DNA of 64,000 nt from Hemiscyllium ocellatum. Its lineage: Eukaryota. The DNA lies in assembly GCF_020745735.1 (NCBI RefSeq), contig NC_083425.1, positions 33,033,575-33,097,574 on the forward strand, given 5' to 3'. This document shows positions 24,439-36,379 of this stretch, in pieces (position 1 is the first letter of the stretch; every line of letters begins with the position of its first letter). The position numbers and the translations under genes are program-made. Below the pieces are notes generated by a model. That model had not been told where the DNA came from. It was given only the letters and a program-made list of their open reading frames with translations, and did not search any database.

Positions 24439-27400
24439 ATATTTCTGAGCAACTTCCTGACTTGCACCAGCAACCCTGCTCAGCTTATACAGTGAATGGA
24501 AATGAGATGAGAAATAGAGGATTGCTGCCTGTTTATGTGCAAATAATAAAATCCCGAGAATTAAATCTGTGGTACAGTTTTTACGTCTTAGAAACACAAC
24601 CTTTTTTTCCATAGAGCGAGGTGTAAATGCTTCTGGAGATCGCGAGGCAAAGTATAAACCGAATGCTGACAAACGATGGCAGTGGAATGTTCCTCCTGCA
24701 GGATGTTGGAGGTAGGGGTGAACACCAAAGCTCCTGCCGACTTCACCTGCAGGAAGTGCAGCCAGCTCCAGCTCCTCACAGACCGCGTTAGGGAACTGGA
24801 GCTGGAGTTGGATGAACTGAGAATTATTTGAGAGGGTGATAGATAGAAGCTCCAGGGACATAGTTACGCCAGGGAACAGAGGTAGCTGGGTGACAGTTAG
24901 AGGTGGGAAGGGGAGGAAGCAGGCAGTGCAGGGATCCCCTGTGGTCGTTCCCCTCAACAATAAGTATACCGCTTTGGATACTGTTGGGGGGGAACGGCCT
25001 AGCAGGGGTAAGCTGCAATGACTGGGTCTCTGGCACGAGGTCCGGCTCTGAGGCCCAGAAAGGAAAGGGGGAGAGGTGGAGAGCGCTAGTTATAGGCGAC
25101 TCTATAGTTAGAGGGACAGACAAGCGGTTCTGTGGACATGGGCGAGACTCTCGGATGGTTTGTTGCCTCCCGGGTGCCAGGGTCCGAGATGTCTCAGACC
25201 GTGTCTTCAGAATCCTTAAGAGGAAGAGTGTGCAGCCAGAAGTCGTGTTGCACATTGGCACCAATGACATAGGTAGGAAGAGGGGTGGGGAGGTCATTCA
25301 GGAGCTCAGGGAGTTAGGCTGGAAGCTAAAAGCTAGGACGGACAGAGTCGTCATCTCTGGGTTGTTGCCGGTGCCATGTGACAGTGAGGCAAGGAATAGG
25401 GAGAGAGTGCAGTTGAACATGTGGCTGCAAGGATGGTGTAGGAGGGAGGGCTTCAGGTATTTGGACAATAATACGGCATTCTGGGGAAGGTGGGACTTGT
25501 ACGAAGCAGGACGGGTTGCACCTGAACCAGAAGGGCACCAATATCCTGGGGGGTAGGTTTGCTAGCACTCTTCGGGGGGGGGGGGCGGGGGGGTTTAAAC
25601 TAATTTGGCAGGGGGATGGGATCCGGACTTGTAGTCCAGCAAGTAGGTTAGCTGTTTTTCAGGATGTCCAAGAATGTAGGGAGGCTGTGGAGAAGGTAAC
25701 ACTGACAGGGAATACTTGCAGACAGAGAGATGGGTTCAAGTGTGGATACTTCAATTCAAGGAGTATCAGAAATAAGGTGGGTGAACTTAAGGCATGGATC
25801 GGTACCTGGGACTACGATGTTTTGTGGCCATCACAGAAACGTGGATAGAAGAGGGACAGGAATGGTTGTTGGAGGTTCCTGGTTACAGATGTTTCAGTAA
25901 AATTAGGGGGGGTGGGTAAAAAAGGAGGGGGTTTGGCGTTGTTAATTAGAAATGGTATAATGGCTGCAGAAAGGCAGTTCGAGGGGGATCTGCCTTTGGA
26001 GGTAGTATGTGCTGAAGTCAGAAATAGGAAAGGAGCAGTCACCTTGTTGGGTGTTTACTATAGGCTCCCCGATAGAAGCAGAGATGTGGAGAAACAGATT
26101 GGGAAACAGATTTTGGAAAGGTGCAGAAGCCACAGGGTAGTAGTCATGGGCGATTTCAACTTCCCAAATATTGATTGGAAGCTATTTACATCAAGTAGAT
26201 CGGACGGGGCGGTGTTTGTGCAGTGTGTCCAGGAAGCTTTTCTAACTCAGTATGTAGATTGTCCGACCAGAGGGGAAGCCATATTGGATTTGGTACTTGG
26301 TAACGAACCAGGACAAGCGATGGGCTTGTTAGTGGGTGAGCATTTTGGTGATGGTGACCACAATTCTGTGACTTTCACCTTGGTTATGGAGGGAGATAGG
26401 TGCGTGCAACAGGGCAGGTTTTACAATTGGGGGAAGAGTAAATATGATGCTGCAAGACAGGATCTGAGGAGCATAAATTGGGAGCATAGGCTGTCAGGGA
26501 AGGATGTCGTTGAAATGTGGAACTTTTTCAAGGAACAGATATGACGTGTCCTTGATATGTATGTACCTGTCAGGCAGGAAAGATATGGTCGTGTGAGGGA
26601 ACCTTGGTTGACGAGGGAGGTTGAATGTCTTGTAAGGAGGAAGAAGGAGGCTTACATAAGGTTGAGGAAACAAGGGTGGGTCTGTAAATTTGCAGACGAT
26701 ACAAAGATTGGTGGAGTTGTGGATAGTGAGGAGGGCTGTTGTCAGCTGCAAAGGGACTTAGTTATGATGCAGAGCTGGGCTGAGGAGTGGCAGATGGAGT
26801 TCAACCCTGTCAAGTATGAGGTTGTCCATTTTGGAAGGACAAATAAGAATGCGGAATGCAGAGTTAACGGTACGGTTCTTAGTAAGGCGGAGGAGCAGAG
26901 GGATCTTGGGGTCTATGTTCATAGATCTTTGAAAGTTGCCACTCAAGTGAATAGAGCTTGTAAGAAGGCCTATGGAGTATTAGCGTTCATAAGCAGAGGG
27001 ATTGAATTCAAGAGTTGTGAGGTGATGTTGCAGCTGTATAGGACTTTGGTAAGGCCACATTTGGAGTACTGTGTGCAGTTCTGGTCGCCTCATTTTAGGA
27101 AAAATGTGGAACCTTTGGAGAGGGTGCAGAGGAGATTTACCAGGATGTTGTCTGGAATGGAGAATAGGTCGTATGAGGATAGGTTGAGAGTGCTAGGCGT
27201 TTTCTCATTGGAATGGCGAAGGATGAGGGGTGACTTGATAGAGGTTTGTAAGATGATCAGGGGAAGAGATAGAGTGGACAGTCAGAGACTTTTCCCTGGG
27301 TACAACAGAGTGTTACAAGGGGACATAAATTTAAGGTGAAGGGTGAAAGGTATAGGGATGATGTCAGGGGTAGGTTCTTTACCCAGAGAGTGGTGGGGGC

Positions 27401-27570
27401 ATGGAATGCGCTGCCTGTGGGAGTGGCAGAGACAGAATCATTGGTGACCTTAAAGTGGCAATTGGATAGGTACATGGATAGGTGCTTAAGCTAGGACAAA
27501 TGTTCGGCACAACATCGTGGACCGAAGGGCCTGTTCTCTGCTGTATTGTTCTATGTTCTATGTTCTATGA
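24439..27570 (+). mobile_element. CR1 LINE with ORF1 (zinc-finger plus SGNH esterase), APE and an internally deleted RT
   Basis: [54 protein letters not shown]; (ttctatg)n tail; jumps from ...RLRKQG to WVCKFADDT near 26673. Confidence 0.92.
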
Positions 27571-27899
27571 GATAAAGCTCATCGCTATAAAGGGTTTCAA
27601 GTCCCACCTACTCCTGAATACCCCTGGAGTGGTTAATTAAAAGAAAACGGTAATTGTATCTTTTTTCCTTGAAATTAATCCTGTGATTCCATTTCTCTAT
27701 CTATTGTTACCCAAAGAGATGAAATAAAAACGTTGATTACATTTTAGACTGACGGAATTTCACCTCATTCTCAAATTCAAATTTGGAGGCATCAAATAAC
27801 TTCTTTTTCTAAATGCATCTCTTTTCTCCAACCAAAGGAGATATTACCACAGGCCATGGCCATGGAGGGAGTAGTATAGATACGTGTTTAACATTGACG

Positions 27900-28520
27900 A
27901 GGAAGGGGCTATGGATGGATCGATTGCAAATTAATGTTGGTAAAACAGCAGGGACAGACAATATGCACACAGGCACAAGGAGGTGAGGCTCGTAACTTGG
28001 ACATGCACTGACCTTAATTTTCCAATCCCAATTTGGTATGGGATGGTACCAGAGGACTGAAGACTTGAAAATGTTACACCATTGTTCAAAAATGGGTGTA
28101 AAGGAAAGTCTGACAACTGCGCGGCCATTGGATGAGGGCAATGCCATTGATAGGCTATGCATTAGCTTCCATTTGGTAAAGCGCTGTGCAATAAACAGAT
28201 TAAAAAAGTGGACTTGTGTAAAAACGACAATGCAACATGGATAAAAACAAATTGGGTGAGAGTAATCAGAGGAATGGTGACCTGAGAGAAAGTTAACAGT
28301 ACAGTTGCTCAGAAGTCTATGTCAGGACCTTTCTGGTATACGTTATTAAAATTTACCTGAGGATACAGGGCATGATTGCCAAATTTGTGAAACATGTGAA
28401 CAGTGAGTAGGATTGTGTAGAACTTCAAAAGAACATTGATAATTTAGTGCAATAGGCGGGCATGGATCAACAAACATTTAGAGGATGTAAAAGTGAAATG
28501 GTTAAATTTAGCAGGTAAAG
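27900..28520 (+). mobile_element. Ancient degraded CR1 shared with 48030-48620
   Basis: Colinear matches such as gattgcaaattaatgttg/ggttgcaaattcatgttg and cagtgagtaggattg/cagcgagtaggatta. Confidence 0.55.
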
Positions 28521-28609
28521 TTACCATAGTCACACAGGACCATACAGCTGCTCGCTCATTAGGGAGAGATGGCTGGTAATGGTTTAACCTGAGGGTCACA
28601 ACCTCTCAG

Positions 28610-29030
28610 GCAAGGGAAGATCCACCTGATGCCTGGAAGAAGAATGCCTCATCTTCTGCCTTAGCACCCTCCAACCATAAGAGATCAATGTCAATTTCAC
28701 CAGTTTCCTCATCTCTGCTCCCCAGCTTATCCCAGATCCAACGCTCCATCTCACTATCACTCTCTTGAACTGTCCTACCTGTCCATCTTCCATCCCACCT
28801 ATCTGCTCCATCCTCCATTCCAACCTATCACCATCATCCTCCCCATCCCCCACTTTCATCTACCTATCGCATTCCCAGCTACCTTCCCCCCAGCCCATCC
28901 CTCTCCCATTTACCTTTCAGCCCCCTTGGGCTCCCCCACATTCTTGATGAAGAGCTTATGCTCAATCTGTCAACTTTCCTGCTCCTCAGATGCTGCCTGA
29001 CCAGCTGTGCTTTTCCAGCACCACACTTTA
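28610..29030 (+). mobile_element. PLE family A 3' fragment with decayed hammerhead
   Basis: gaagaagaatgcctcatcttc..., ttgatgaagagcttatgctcaatctgtc, gctgcctgaccagctgtgcttttccagc. Confidence 0.75.
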
Positions 29031-30572
29031 TATCTGTCTCAGGAGCAAAGAACCCAGTTGAAAGGTTTGTTGCAGCAGTATGAGGACATATGCAGGAACA
29101 AGATGGGGAAGACTAATACTATTGTGCATAACATGAAAGTAAGGGATGCTGTTCCAATCAAACAACACTCCTACAGACCTAATCCTTTCAAAGCCACACA
29201 GGTCCAGAAGGAAGTGGATGCGATGCTCAATGCAGAAAACATTCAACTGAGTCAGAGCGAGTGGAGTTCACCAATCATGTTAGTTCCCGAACCTGATGGG
29301 ACTCAATGATTTTGTGTGGACTATTGGAAAGTTAACATCATAACAAAATCAGACTCATACCCAATATCAAGATTGGAGGACTGTATAGAGAAAGTTGGAC
29401 AAGCCACTGACATCACAATGTTGGACTACCTGCATGGTTTTTGGCAGGTACCTTTATCAGAAAAAGTGAAAGAGGCTTCTGCATTTGTAATCCAAAATGG
29501 ACTATATCAATTCTAAGTGATGCCCTTTGGAATGAAGAATGCACCAGCCACATTCCAAAGGCTCATGAACAGAGTTGTGGCTGGATTAACAAACTCTGCA
29601 GTTTATCTGGATGATGTAGTGATCTTTAACGGGTCATTGAAAGATCATATGGTACATTTGGCAGGGCTCTTTCAATGATTACGAGAAGTAAACCTGATAA
29701 TAAACTTAAAGAAAACAGAGTTAGCGATGGCAGAGGTGATGTTCTTGGGACATAACATCAATCATATCATGGAAGGTTGACCCCGAGGAATGCCAAGACA
29801 AAGACCATCGAGGAATTTCCACGACCATCCTCAAAGAAAGATGTGCTTCAATTTTTGGGACTAAGCAGATTCTACCGGAAGTTTGTTCTAAACACAAGCA
29901 GCATAGTGACACCACTAACAGATTTCCTCAAGAAGAACACAAACTTTCAGTAGACAGAATGATGCCAGGAGGCATTTGAAAATTTAAAACAGTATGAACC
30001 ACCCGTCTGGCTTTAGCTACACCAATTTTTAAAGAACCCTTCAAAGATGCAATTGATGCTAGAGATTCAGGAGTTGCAGCTGTACTACTATAGGAAGGTG
30101 ATGATGGAGTTGAACGGCCAGTTGGTTACTTTTCAAAGAAACTCAACACTCACCAGAGAATGTACTCTGCCATCAAAAAGAAATTATTGAATTTGGTACT
30201 GGCCTGACTGGTTCAATGTTTGTGACAAAAAATATGGAAGAGACAATTGTGTACAAGGACCACAACCCTCTGACATTCTTGGAATGACAAAAATATGAGA
30301 CTATTTCATTGGAGTCTTATGTTACAGACTTTTTATTTACAAATTTTACGTGTTGTGGGTCGTAAAAAAGTGATAGCAGATGTATTATCGCAGATTTACA
30401 GGAAAAGTATAGATAAGGTTGGACAGATTCCAATGTTATATGTTTGTGTGTGCAGAAATGAATATGAATTTAGATTAATGACTTAAATATTCCATTGTAA
30501 TGGGATTAAGTATTAGATTTTTTAAAAAGGCATATTTTTAAATGATGGTGCATTTTTTCCTTAAGGGGGAGG
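29030..30572 (+). mobile_element. Gypsy/Ty3 pol remnant (RT-RNase H; integrase missing) ending in a polypurine tract
   Basis: PIKQHSYR, SEWSSPIMLVP.PDG, DY.KVN..TKSDSYPISRLEDCIE, GFWQVPL, MPFGMKNAPATFQRLM, YLDDVV; PPT aagggggagg at 30563-30572. Confidence 0.9.
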
Positions 30573-30841
30573 TGTTATGAAGTTGAAGATATATGCTGTA
30601 CCTTTAAGAGAGAGTCATGATTTGGAGATGCCGGTGTTGGACTGGGGTGTACAAAGTTAAAAATCCCGCAACACCAGGTTACAGTCCATATTTTCAATTT
30701 TTCATACTCTCTGAGACTGCCATCTAGTCATATGACACAGGTGCTTGTCAGGTTTCAGTGCAGAACAGCATTCATTCTCCTTTAAAGTTAAAAATCACAC
30801 AACACCAGGTTATAGTCCAACAGGTTTAATTGGAAGCACAC

Positions 30842-30870
30842 TAGCTTTCGGAGCGACGCTCCTTCATCAG
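30842..30870 (-). ncRNA. Minimal hammerhead ribozyme (PLE-B), intact
   Basis: cac-CTGATGA-A-GGAG-cgtcg-CTCC-GAAA-GCTA-gtg; stem I CAC/GTG, palindromic AGCT stem III. Confidence 0.75.
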
Positions 30871-31145
30871 GTGAAGATATATACTGTACCTTTAAGAGAG
30901 AGTCATGATTTGGAGATGCATTTTCAGGTTAGCTAACACCCATTGTTACAGCTAACCTGAGAATGCAACTTTTAAAAAAAGGTTTTGTGATTTACACATG
31001 AAAGAAGTGAAAATATCATGGTACTCGAACAGATGAAAGACTCAACAGACAATCAAAGTATTTTTCAATGTATAATTTCAGTTACAGCACACTGTAATTT
31101 TTTGCTATAAATTCTGTGCCTTAGAATTGTGTCCTCCACAATCAC

Positions 31146-31174
31146 CTGATGAAGGAGCGTCGCTCCGAAAGCTA
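31146..31174 (+). ncRNA. Minimal hammerhead ribozyme (PLE-B), intact, tandem copy 1
   Basis: Same sequence as 30842-30870, on the plus strand. Confidence 0.75.
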
Positions 31175-31302
31175 GTGTGCTTCCAATTAAACCTGTTGGA
31201 CTGTAACCTGGTGTTGCAGGATTTTTAACTTTGTACACCCCAGTCCAACAACGGCATCTCCAAATCATGACTCTCTCTTAAAGGTACAGTATATATCTTC
31301 AC

Positions 31303-31331
31303 CTGATGAAGGAGCGTCGCTCCGAAAGCTA
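31303..31331 (+). ncRNA. Minimal hammerhead ribozyme (PLE-B), intact, tandem copy 2
   Basis: Identical to 31146-31174, 157 nt downstream. Confidence 0.75.
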
Positions 31332-31519
31332 GTGTGCTTCCAATTAAACCTGTTGGACTATAACTTTAAAAGAGAATGAATGCTGTTCTGCACTGAGACC
31401 TGACAAGCACCTGTGTCATATGACTAGATGGCAGTCTCAGAGAGTATGAAAAATTGAAAATATGTAACATTTGGCTGTGAAATGGATACCAGAGTTGGTT
31501 GCTGTTTTGACAACAATTT

Positions 31520-31726
31520 GATTAGATTAGATTAGATTACTTACAGTGTGGAAACAGGCCCTTCAGCCCAACAAGTCCACACCGACCCGCCAAAGCGCAA
31601 CCCACCCATACCCCTACATTTACCCCTTACCTAACACTACGGGCAATTTAGCATGGCCAATTCACCTGACCTGCACATCTTTGGACTATGGGAGGAAACC
31701 GGAGTGCCTGGAGGAAACCCACGCAT
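31520..31726 (-). mobile_element. HE1-type SINE, 3' half
   Basis: Matches 1769-1970, including the (taatc)n tail. Confidence 0.85.
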
Positions 31727-32684
31727 TTAACCACTCATTTTAAATTATGCCCCAGGATACTAACGCCCAATCGAGTTTGAGTTTATTGTTTTGCCAACAT
31801 TGAGCCAATGAGACAATGCGATGTTATGCATTTTGAAAATCAGACAGAGCAACTGCCTTTGAGAGGAAGACCAAGACATTGAAACACTCTTTATCGAAGG
31901 TACCTTTTCATATGAAACATCTTCACAGTAGAAAGAAAGAAGATGACCCAGGAGATCTTCAGCCAGAAGAAGAAAGACACCAAAGATGACAGCTGCTGTA
32001 TAGTTTTGAAATTAAGTTGATGTATTTTTAATAAGTGTTTTATTGGAACAGCGTATTGTTATCTAGTGGGAGTCAGGTAATAAGCAGTTAAGAGAAATGG
32101 GGGCTTAGAATTGTGAATATTTGTTGTTTAATGTTCACTTTTAAAATGAAAGTATAAATTGATGTTATTTTATTTAAATAGTAGAATTCGGGGAGTTCTC
32201 TATCACTCATATTTTAACAGGTTACGAGGCGAGGTGAGTTTTTCTATATGTTTGATTTAATTAACAGAAGGGTTCACTATTGTGTCATAACGTTCTACCA
32301 ATGACATCATACTCAGTAAATTCTTTGGTTTGACCTTATACTTTGGTTGCTCTAGAGGCTTCCTCAAGCACAAGCATTATTAAACATTTGGTCCATTCGC
32401 AGGTTGCATAACTGTCCTGATGCTGCCTGGTTTGCTGTGTTCTTCCAGCCTCCTGCTTATCCACCTTGGATTCCAGCATCTGCGTTTTTTTTTGCCTCTA
32501 ACCAAGCTGTTAGTTGTTGGCTACTGTTTCCCAAACTGTCTTCCGTTGACTTAGTCATATAATAATTCCCATCCTCCTTGTATTTAGTTAGCCTCCATTG
32601 ATTTCAAACAGCTTTCTGTGATTAGCAGTTCTATTCAACTTGATCTAATCTGAAACACAAATGGATTTTGGAGTCCGAGTTCAG

Positions 32685-33350
32685 GATTGTCTCAAGGTTA
32701 TCATGCAGGTGGCAGTTAGGAAGGCAAGTGCAATGTTAGCGTTCATTTTGAGAGGGCTGGAAGACAATAGCAGGTATGCACTGCTGAGACTTCATAAGGC
32801 TGTGGTCAGACCGCTGTTGGAATATTCTGAGCAGTTTTGAGCCCCACATCTAAAGAAGGATATTCTGGCCCCGGAGAGGGTCCAGAGAAGATTAACAAGA
32901 ATAGTACTGGGGAGGAAGAGCTTCTAATATGAGGAGCAGCTGAGGGCTGTGGGTCTGAACTGAATGGAGTTTAGAAGGATACGTGAGGATCTCATTGAAA
33001 GTTGTGTAATCCTGAGAAGTCTAGTTACAGTGGATGTGGTGAACATGTTTCCACAGGAAGAGAGAATTTGACTCAAGATCACAGCCTCAGAGTGAAGTGA
33101 TGACGCTTTAGAACTGAAGTGAGGAGGAATTTCTTGAGCCAGAGGACAGTAAATCTCAAGAACTCATTGCTGCAAAAGGCTCTGGAATCCAGTCACTATA
33201 TATCTATAAGACAGAGGTAAACAGATTCTTGATTAGTTATTGAATCAAGGTTTTTGGGGAAAAGGATAGATAATGGCGCAAAGAAACATATTGGCCATGA
33301 CTCCGTATGGCAGAGCAGACTCAATGGGCCGAATGGCTTAACTCTGTTCC
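32685..33350 (+). mobile_element. Degraded CR1 3' fragment
   Basis: Remnants of the ALVRPLLEY, ERVQRRLTR and FLSQRTVN motifs. Confidence 0.7.
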
Positions 33351-34749
33351 TTTATTATATGGTCTTACTTAATTCCATGGTATCACGACAATTCATTGTC
33401 TCAATGTAAAATATCAAAGTATCAATATCCTTAGATAATTTCACTGTACCACACTTATCTGGTTTCCAAAAAACGAATGCTGCTCTGAACTTAAAAACAG
33501 AAGGTTTTGGACAAAAGGAGCAGGTTTGGCCGTATCTGTGGAGAGAGAAACAGAGTTCACATTTTGATTCCATTGTAACTTTTCTTTAGAAAAGGGTGTT
33601 TCTTGACTCCAGTTACTGTTTTTATTTCATATTTCCAGCATCTGCTATACATGCTTTAGTTTGACTGCTCTGCCACTGCCTTAACCATTTCCTTCCAATT
33701 ATTGATTAGATATGCACATAGAGGCTCAATCAGTTTTTTCATAAAAGGGCAATTATTTAGATTCTGATTCAAATGTTACAACAGGTTTATTGTTTAAAAC
33801 AGGAAGGAATTTCATCTTGCAAAAAATGATGAGAGACAAAGCATTAATGTTAACAGGACAGTCTAAGGTTAAGTCACCATAGTTCCTGAGGACCATAAGG
33901 CTAGTCAATAAAGAGAGAGGATTGGTGATGAGTTTAACCTGGCAGTCACTATGCCTCAGGCAAGGAGCAAGGTGGAGAAGGCAACCTGATGGAGACCTCA
34001 GCTGGTGTGGGAAGAGAACCTACACTGTTGGCATCACACTGCATCACAAAACCCATCATCCAGCCATTGACGACAGGTGATTTAGCTGATCACTGATCAA
34101 ATAGCAGTATGCTAAAAATACCAGGGTCAGGCTTAGTTATAAACACTCCCAAATGTTAAATACCTCACCCACATCTATTGTTAGGGCTGACATAATTGCA
34201 CAAAGAGTTTACTGATAAGAAATCTGAGATGGATTGAAAGTCAAGCAACAATAATGCAACAAGAATTCAGTGAGTTAATGTGGTAAAATGTAGGTTACAC
34301 ACTATGGCAGCAAGCTTAGAGCTGAATGTTATGCAAATGGAGCAAGGTTACAGAAAGCTGCAGCACAGAGGGATTTGGGATTGATAGTGCACGAATCACA
34401 AAAAGCTAGCATCCAAATTCATTGGGTAATATGGAAGACAGGTGGAATGTTGGTCCCCTTCTCAATAAGACTGTACTATAATTTGCATGATTCTTTCCAA
34501 GCTACACATCATCCTGATTTGGAATTCTATCACTGTTTGTTCACTCTCTGGGTCAAAGACCTGGAACCACCCTTGTTAACATCGTTATTTGTGTCCCAAC
34601 AGCCCAAATACTGCAGCAATTCTGCAAGGCAGATCAGAACCATCTCGTCAATGGCAATGGGGAATGGTTAATAAATGTTGGTCTTATCATCAGCACCCCA
34701 ATTCCATGAAAGATCTTTAAAAAGGCATGATTTCAGGCCCATCGAGGTT

Positions 34750-35110
34750 GTAGGGAGTGCAGATGCTGGAAGTCAGAGTCAATAGATGTGGAGCTAAGAA
34801 TTCAGAGCAGGTTAGATAGTATCCGAGGAGCAGAAAAGTCAATGTTTCAGGCCGAATCCCTTTATCAGGACTGGGGTCAGGGAGGGAGAGGGCGAGGGGA
34901 GTCCAGCAGTAAATAGAAGAATGAGAGTTGGGCTGGGGAAAGAGTTGGTGGGATGGTGTTAGGCGGATGCAGGTGGAGGGTTATTGTGATTATCAGTGGA
35001 AGAGCAGTGCTGATAGGTGAGTAGGAAAATGGACAGGATAGGTCAGTTCAGGGAGGCAGTTGGGGGGGAGGGATGGACATGGGATGAGGTTGGGGGATTT
35101 TAAAACTGGT
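34750..35110 (-). mobile_element. PLE family A-related 3' terminus, decayed
   Basis: gcagatgctggaagtcagagtc..., aatgtttcaggccgaatccctttatcagga (decayed hammerhead). Confidence 0.6.
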
Positions 35111-35149
35111 GAATTCAATGTTCAGCGATTCAGTGACTTGGAGACAAGT

Positions 35150-36300
35150 AAGGATTATATTGAATATTGTATATTGATAATCACATTTGATCTTGCACCA
35201 TCTTACCATGCATTGTTCATCAAAAGACCTTGCCATTCAGTGGAAGTCTTCCTTTGGGCAGTGCCATCTTTCAAAGCCTGCTACACACCTGCAGGAATGC
35301 TGCCATCTGGAACTTGTCCTGATTGTGTATTAGAAGTCATTAGAGAGGACAGAGAAGCGTTAACTGGTACCATACGTGTCAGACATGGACCTGGAGGTCC
35401 TCATGGATGGGGTGATGAGGAAGGAAGGTGTCGTTTTCTCAAAGACTGCAGATGAAGGCAAGACACTGCACTGTCCCAGCTGGTCGAAGTTCAGCACCTG
35501 GATCAGTGCCATCTCCAGGTTGATGAGAACTGGGCAATAGTGCAAGATGAAAGCCAATGATCTTCTCCATTCCCCCAGGCTAAGTGTAATATTCTGCTCC
35601 CTCACACGTAACTGGAACAAGGCCGCCACCTCTCATGAACTCTTATGCTCTGACTCACATTGTGTTGCATACAACACCTACCCTCACAAGTTCTCATTAC
35701 CCACCCATTCTCACACCGCACAAACGCCACACTCCCTTGGAACACTTCACTTTCCCTACATGCACCAGCCCTAACAGCCATGCCACCCTCTTGATTCTTA
35801 CATATTTGCGCCCTTTATGTCATGACAGGAGAAGACATCCCATAACAGGAATGAGAAATGTTGCACACATGGGGGAGAATGCTGGACACCCATGTCCTCA
35901 CCTGCTGCAAGGAAAGAATTCTCAATCTAGCAGGAGAAAATAGGGACTGCTTTGTGAGCTTAACAAGTCCAGAAGGAAGTAAAACTTCCCATCCCAGTGC
36001 AAGGGTCACATTCACGATGCATTCCATATACAATAAATCAGTGACTGTAATGTCTTCTGCCTCTCATGTTTTATAGATGAATTGATCACTCCCCAGTGCC
36101 CAAACCCATCCTCTACAGAGGAGAGCTCCTCAACCTCTAGAATCGTAAGGGAAGCTTTGGAAGGGTCATCCATTGCTTACATGGCTCTCCTGGAGCAAGT
36201 AGTCAGCCAAACCCACCAAGACCCAACTCTAGTTTCCATGGCAAGTTTTCCTGATGGCCAGTCTGTGTGGTGAGTTTACTAAGAAAACACCTCATTGTGT
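35150..36300 (+). mobile_element. PIF/Harbinger relic, Myb/SANT-like accessory ORF
   Basis: About 35370-35590 reads PYVSDMDLEVLMDGVMRKEGVVF...ISAISRLMRTGQ*CKMKANDL followed by a donor-like gctaagt, matching the Myb/trihelix exon of vertebrate Harbingers. Confidence 0.6.
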
Positions 36301-36379
36301 TTGGGCTGTTAGCAAGCCATGGAAAATGCCAGTCAGGAACACGTTGCTCCCAGGCAAGGATCTTGCTATGCTGCTTATA

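Larger units (their letters stand above)
30615..31362. mobile_element. Complex PLE family B insertion with three identical hammerhead termini
   Basis: Identical 60-nt termini at 30814-30873 (-), 31143-31202 (+) and 31300-31359 (+), interleaved with inverted copies of host LTR sequence. Confidence 0.8.
30573..32292 (+). mobile_element. Gypsy 3' LTR, interrupted by a PLE-B complex and an HE1 fragment
   Basis: Starts tgttatga directly after the PPT and ends tcataac(g), an inverted terminal match. Confidence 0.72.

Noticed and set aside
25574-25594. Poly-G run (and poly-C at about 60606-60632) as functional G-quadruplexes
   Set aside because: Homopolymer expansions inside LINE copies, also prone to sequencing error.
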